This document shows positions 61,705 to 64,000 of a stretch of DNA of 64,000 nucleotides, piece after piece. The translations under genes and the position numbers were made by a program. Location: positions 85,240 to 149,239 of the forward strand of contig JBBUDU010000002.1 in the NCBI GenBank assembly GCA_038057125.1. The letters are read 5' to 3'. The number at the start of each line of letters is the position of its first letter. The stretch's first letter is position 1. The notes under the pieces are model-generated. The model was not told the origin of the DNA, ran no database searches, and saw nothing but the letters and a program-made list of their open reading frames with translations. The stretch is from Patescibacteria group bacterium (GTDB lineage: Bacteria; Patescibacteriota; Minisyncoccia; Phycocordibacterales; UBA1550).

Positions 61705-64000
61705 CTACTCCACTCGCAATTGCGCCGAATAAACTCCTTTATTTAAAATCGAATCGTAGGCGATAGCGGTAATCGTATTTAAGGTTGAAATGGAAGCAAC
61801 ACCCCTTGGGTTGAAAGAAAAAATAAATGGCGCTGCAGTTCTTTTACCAACAAGTTCGTCGTTTACAAAAAACTCAACACTGCTGATGGGGTATCTGCTT
61901 GAGACAGAAACTGTCGCAGTCATGTTCTCGTCCGCCGAGTGTGTTGAAACGAAGTCAATTCCGGAAACAGAAACAACAGGAATAGACTCTGGTGTACGAC
62001 TGGTGTCATACCCAGTAGGAATACCGCTACGGTCGCCCTCACGGATGTTTTGAGAGAGAACCCACTCACGCACCGGTATCTCCCAAAGATTGTACTGAGA
62101 ATCGTTTTGGGGGGTTGCTGGCGGTAGTCCTCGGGGATCTTCCTTTCTGACCCAATGAAGAATATTATGCACTTCTGGCACAACCACAACACCCTTCATT
62201 TCGACGGGAGTTAACGGTGTTGCAAGCCCACCAGAAGACTTGTCAATAATATATTTTTCACCACCTTGCCATACGCCCTGAAGTGGAGCAGGAAGAACAG
62301 TCAAGTCTTCTTTTTCCGGAACAATAAAACGCTCAGACGGAATAAGTTTCATTGCCTCTTCCATAAACGCTCGCCAAACAGGGGTAATAATGAATCCGGC
62401 AGTATTTTTGTGCATAGGTGAGTTGTTGTTATTGCCGGCCCACATGCCAACCACGATATTAGGCGTATATCCTATTGTCCACACATCACGGTAATCGTTT
62501 GTTGTACCGGTTTTTACAGCCACGTCTTTGCCTGGGAAATGAAGGGCGGAGTTGACGCCGAACATCGGAGTCCTCGCCGCATTATCTGAAAGAATGTTAG
62601 TTATTTTCCGCGCAACTTCAACAGGGATGACTTCCTCGCTCGACTCTTTAAACTCCTCGATAAGGTTTCCATCCTTGTCTTCAACACGGAGAATTGTTTC
62701 TGTTTTGTTGCGCACACCGTCGTTTGCGAAAACACTGTATGCTCCAGTAATTTCAAGAAGTGAAACTTCGCCTCCGCCGAGGACAAGCGTGAGCCCGTAT
62801 TGTGCCGGATTGGTCAAGCTCGTAATACCCATCCGCTTAACGGTATTCAAAGAGTCCTGTATACCTGCAAGGTAAAGTGTTTTAACCGACGGAACATTGA
62901 GCGACTGCGCGAGAGAGCTCCGGAGAGAAACCGGCCCGCGATATTTACCATCATAGTTTTCCGGCACGTAGCAGTCTTCCGGCTTTATGTTTGGGGAAAA
63001 CGGAATACCTTTTGCGTCGCAGTTTGTACTGAAGTTTGTTCGAAGGTCAAAAAGGACAGTTTCCGGTGTGTACCCCTTCATAAACGCAGTCGCGTACACA
63101 AATGGTTTAAAGGTAGAGCCGGGCTGACGGTTTGGCGCAAGGGAAACATTGAAGTTACCTTCATTTTTCATGTCAAAATAGTTTCGCGAGCCGACCATGG
63201 CTAGCAATTGTCCGTTTTTTGGGCTGATGGCGACAAGCCCCATATTCTTTGCCTCAAAATTCTTTTCCATGCTTGGTCCAAAACGGTCAACTGCCTCCTC
63301 CGCCTTTTTTTGGAGCTCATAGTCGAGTGTGGTGATGACCTTGTAGCCATTTTCCTCGACAGCGCGCTCCCCGTATTTTTCAACAAGTTGCTCCTTGACC
63401 CAGATGACAAAATGCGGCGCCTTAACACCCTTTGATTCTCGTGGCAGGAATTCAACTTTTTCCATGCGGGTGGCTTCGTACTCAGCGGTGGCAATAAGGC
63501 CGAGCTCGTGCATACGACGCAATACAAGATTTTTTCGATCATCAAGTTTATCGCGGTTGTTGCCATAAGGGGAAAAGTAGGTAGGAGCGTTGGGGATTGA
63601 CGCTAGGTAGGCAGATTGCGCAAGCGTTAAGTCTTTTGCGGTCTTTCCAAAAAAAGTAAAACTTGCCTCGCCAATACCATAGATACTTCCACCGTACGGT
63701 ATCTCATTTAAGTAAAGCGTAAGAATCTCGTCTTTTGTAAATGCTTGTTCAAGCCTGAAAGACAGAATAATTTCTTTTAGCTTGCGAGTGATGAGTTTCT
63801 CGTCGGTAAGAAGCGTTTTCTTTATTACCTGTTGTGTGATCGTGGATCCACCACCACGTGTTCCACCGTATAGTACTGCACGCGCAATACCGCGAATACT
63901 AATACCGCCATGTTTGTAAAACTCAAAGTCCTCAATCGCAATTACCGCATTTTTAAGTGATTGCGGTATCGCGTCAAAAGGAACAATTGTACGTTTTACA
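61705..64000 (-). CDS. class A penicillin-binding protein (PBP1A-type), N-terminus beyond window end
   Basis: The reading frame stays open upstream of the track Met (63522) to the window edge. Own translation there gives the GT51 motifs EDFEFYKHGG and GGSTITQQ. Transpeptidase motifs STFK, SLN and KTGTT are present. Confidence 0.9.
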   Translation of the reverse strand, partial: VKRTIVPFDAIPQSLKNAVIAIEDFEFYKHGGISIRGIARAVLYGGTRGGGSTITQQVIKKTLLTDEKLITRKLKEIILSFRLEQAFTKDEILTLYLNEIPYGGSIYGIGEASFTFFGKTAKDLTLAQSAYLASIPNAPTYFSPYGNNRDKLDDRKNLVLRRMHELGLIATAEYEATRMEKVEFLPRESKGVKAPHFVIWVKEQLVEKYGERAVEENGYKVITTLDYELQKKAEEAVDRFGPSMEKNFEAKNMGLVAISPKNGQLLAMVGSRNYFDMKNEGNFNVSLAPNRQPGSTFKPFVYATAFMKGYTPETVLFDLRTNFSTNCDAKGIPFSPNIKPEDCYVPENYDGKYRGPVSLRSSLAQSLNVPSVKTLYLAGIQDSLNTVKRMGITSLTNPAQYGLTLVLGGGEVSLLEITGAYSVFANDGVRNKTETILRVEDKDGNLIEEFKESSEEVIPVEVARKITNILSDNAARTPMFGVNSALHFPGKDVAVKTGTTNDYRDVWTIGYTPNIVVGMWAGNNNNSPMHKNTAGFIITPVWRAFMEEAMKLIPSERFIVPEKEDLTVLPAPLQGVWQGGEKYIIDKSSGGLATPLTPVEMKGVVVVPEVHNILHWVRKEDPRGLPPATPQNDSQYNLWEIPVREWVLSQNIREGDRSGIPTGYDTSRTPESIPVVSVSGIDFVSTHSADENMTATVSVSSRYPISSVEFFVNDELVGKRTAAPFIFSFNPRGVASISTLNTITAIAYDSILNKGVYSAQLRVE

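Overview
Gene-dense chromosomal segment of a small-genome bacterium. Gene content suggests Candidate Phyla Radiation / Patescibacteria (inference only; standard code, TGA used as stop). No tools were available, so all calls rest on motifs read in the supplied translations and on my own reading of the DNA. No rRNA, CRISPR array, transposase or phage genes were seen.

Contents:
- 1-10.7 kb: a type IV pilus locus (pilB, pilC, three prepilin-like genes). It is split by an AT-rich block of secreted or anchored proteins that includes a tandem paralog pair and a 71-bp perfect junction repeat.
- 10.9-18 kb: housekeeping genes (nusA, ppa, a trigger factor lacking the PPIase domain, clpP, rny, hup).
- 18.0-24.8 kb: a minus-strand region where five tRNA genes alternate with single modules (tandem-REC regulator plus histidine kinase, CDF transporter, yraN). 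Each tRNA is followed by tRNA-derived structured elements or tRNA fragments.
- 24.8-42.5 kb: core genes (cca, xth, xerC-like, SSF transporter, rpsO, NYN, comM, LysM-M23, pcrA/uvrD, rsmA).
- 42.4-56.9 kb: a type IV secretion-like cluster (PrgI/VirB3-like, VirB4 apparently split in two ORFs, VirB6-like, T4SS-pilin-like, and many unassignable exported proteins). No relaxase or coupling protein is in view.
- 56.9-64 kb: the replication origin neighbourhood (yidC-yidD-rnpA-rpmH / dnaA-dnaN-DUF721, DnaA boxes on both sides of dnaA) and a partial PBP1A.

Best candidates for something undescribed:
1. A modular structured element bounded by copies of the neighbouring tRNA 3' end. Two well-matched loci share 45 nt of identical sequence blocks separated by variable hairpins, and a weaker third locus is present.
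2. The origin-adjacent T4SS-like cluster without a relaxase.
3. The accessory cassette inside the pilus operon.

Also flagged: a two-copy hairpin motif with compensatory changes, a family of very long perfect palindromes centred on GCTATAGC, parS-like sites, and putative leaderless promoters.
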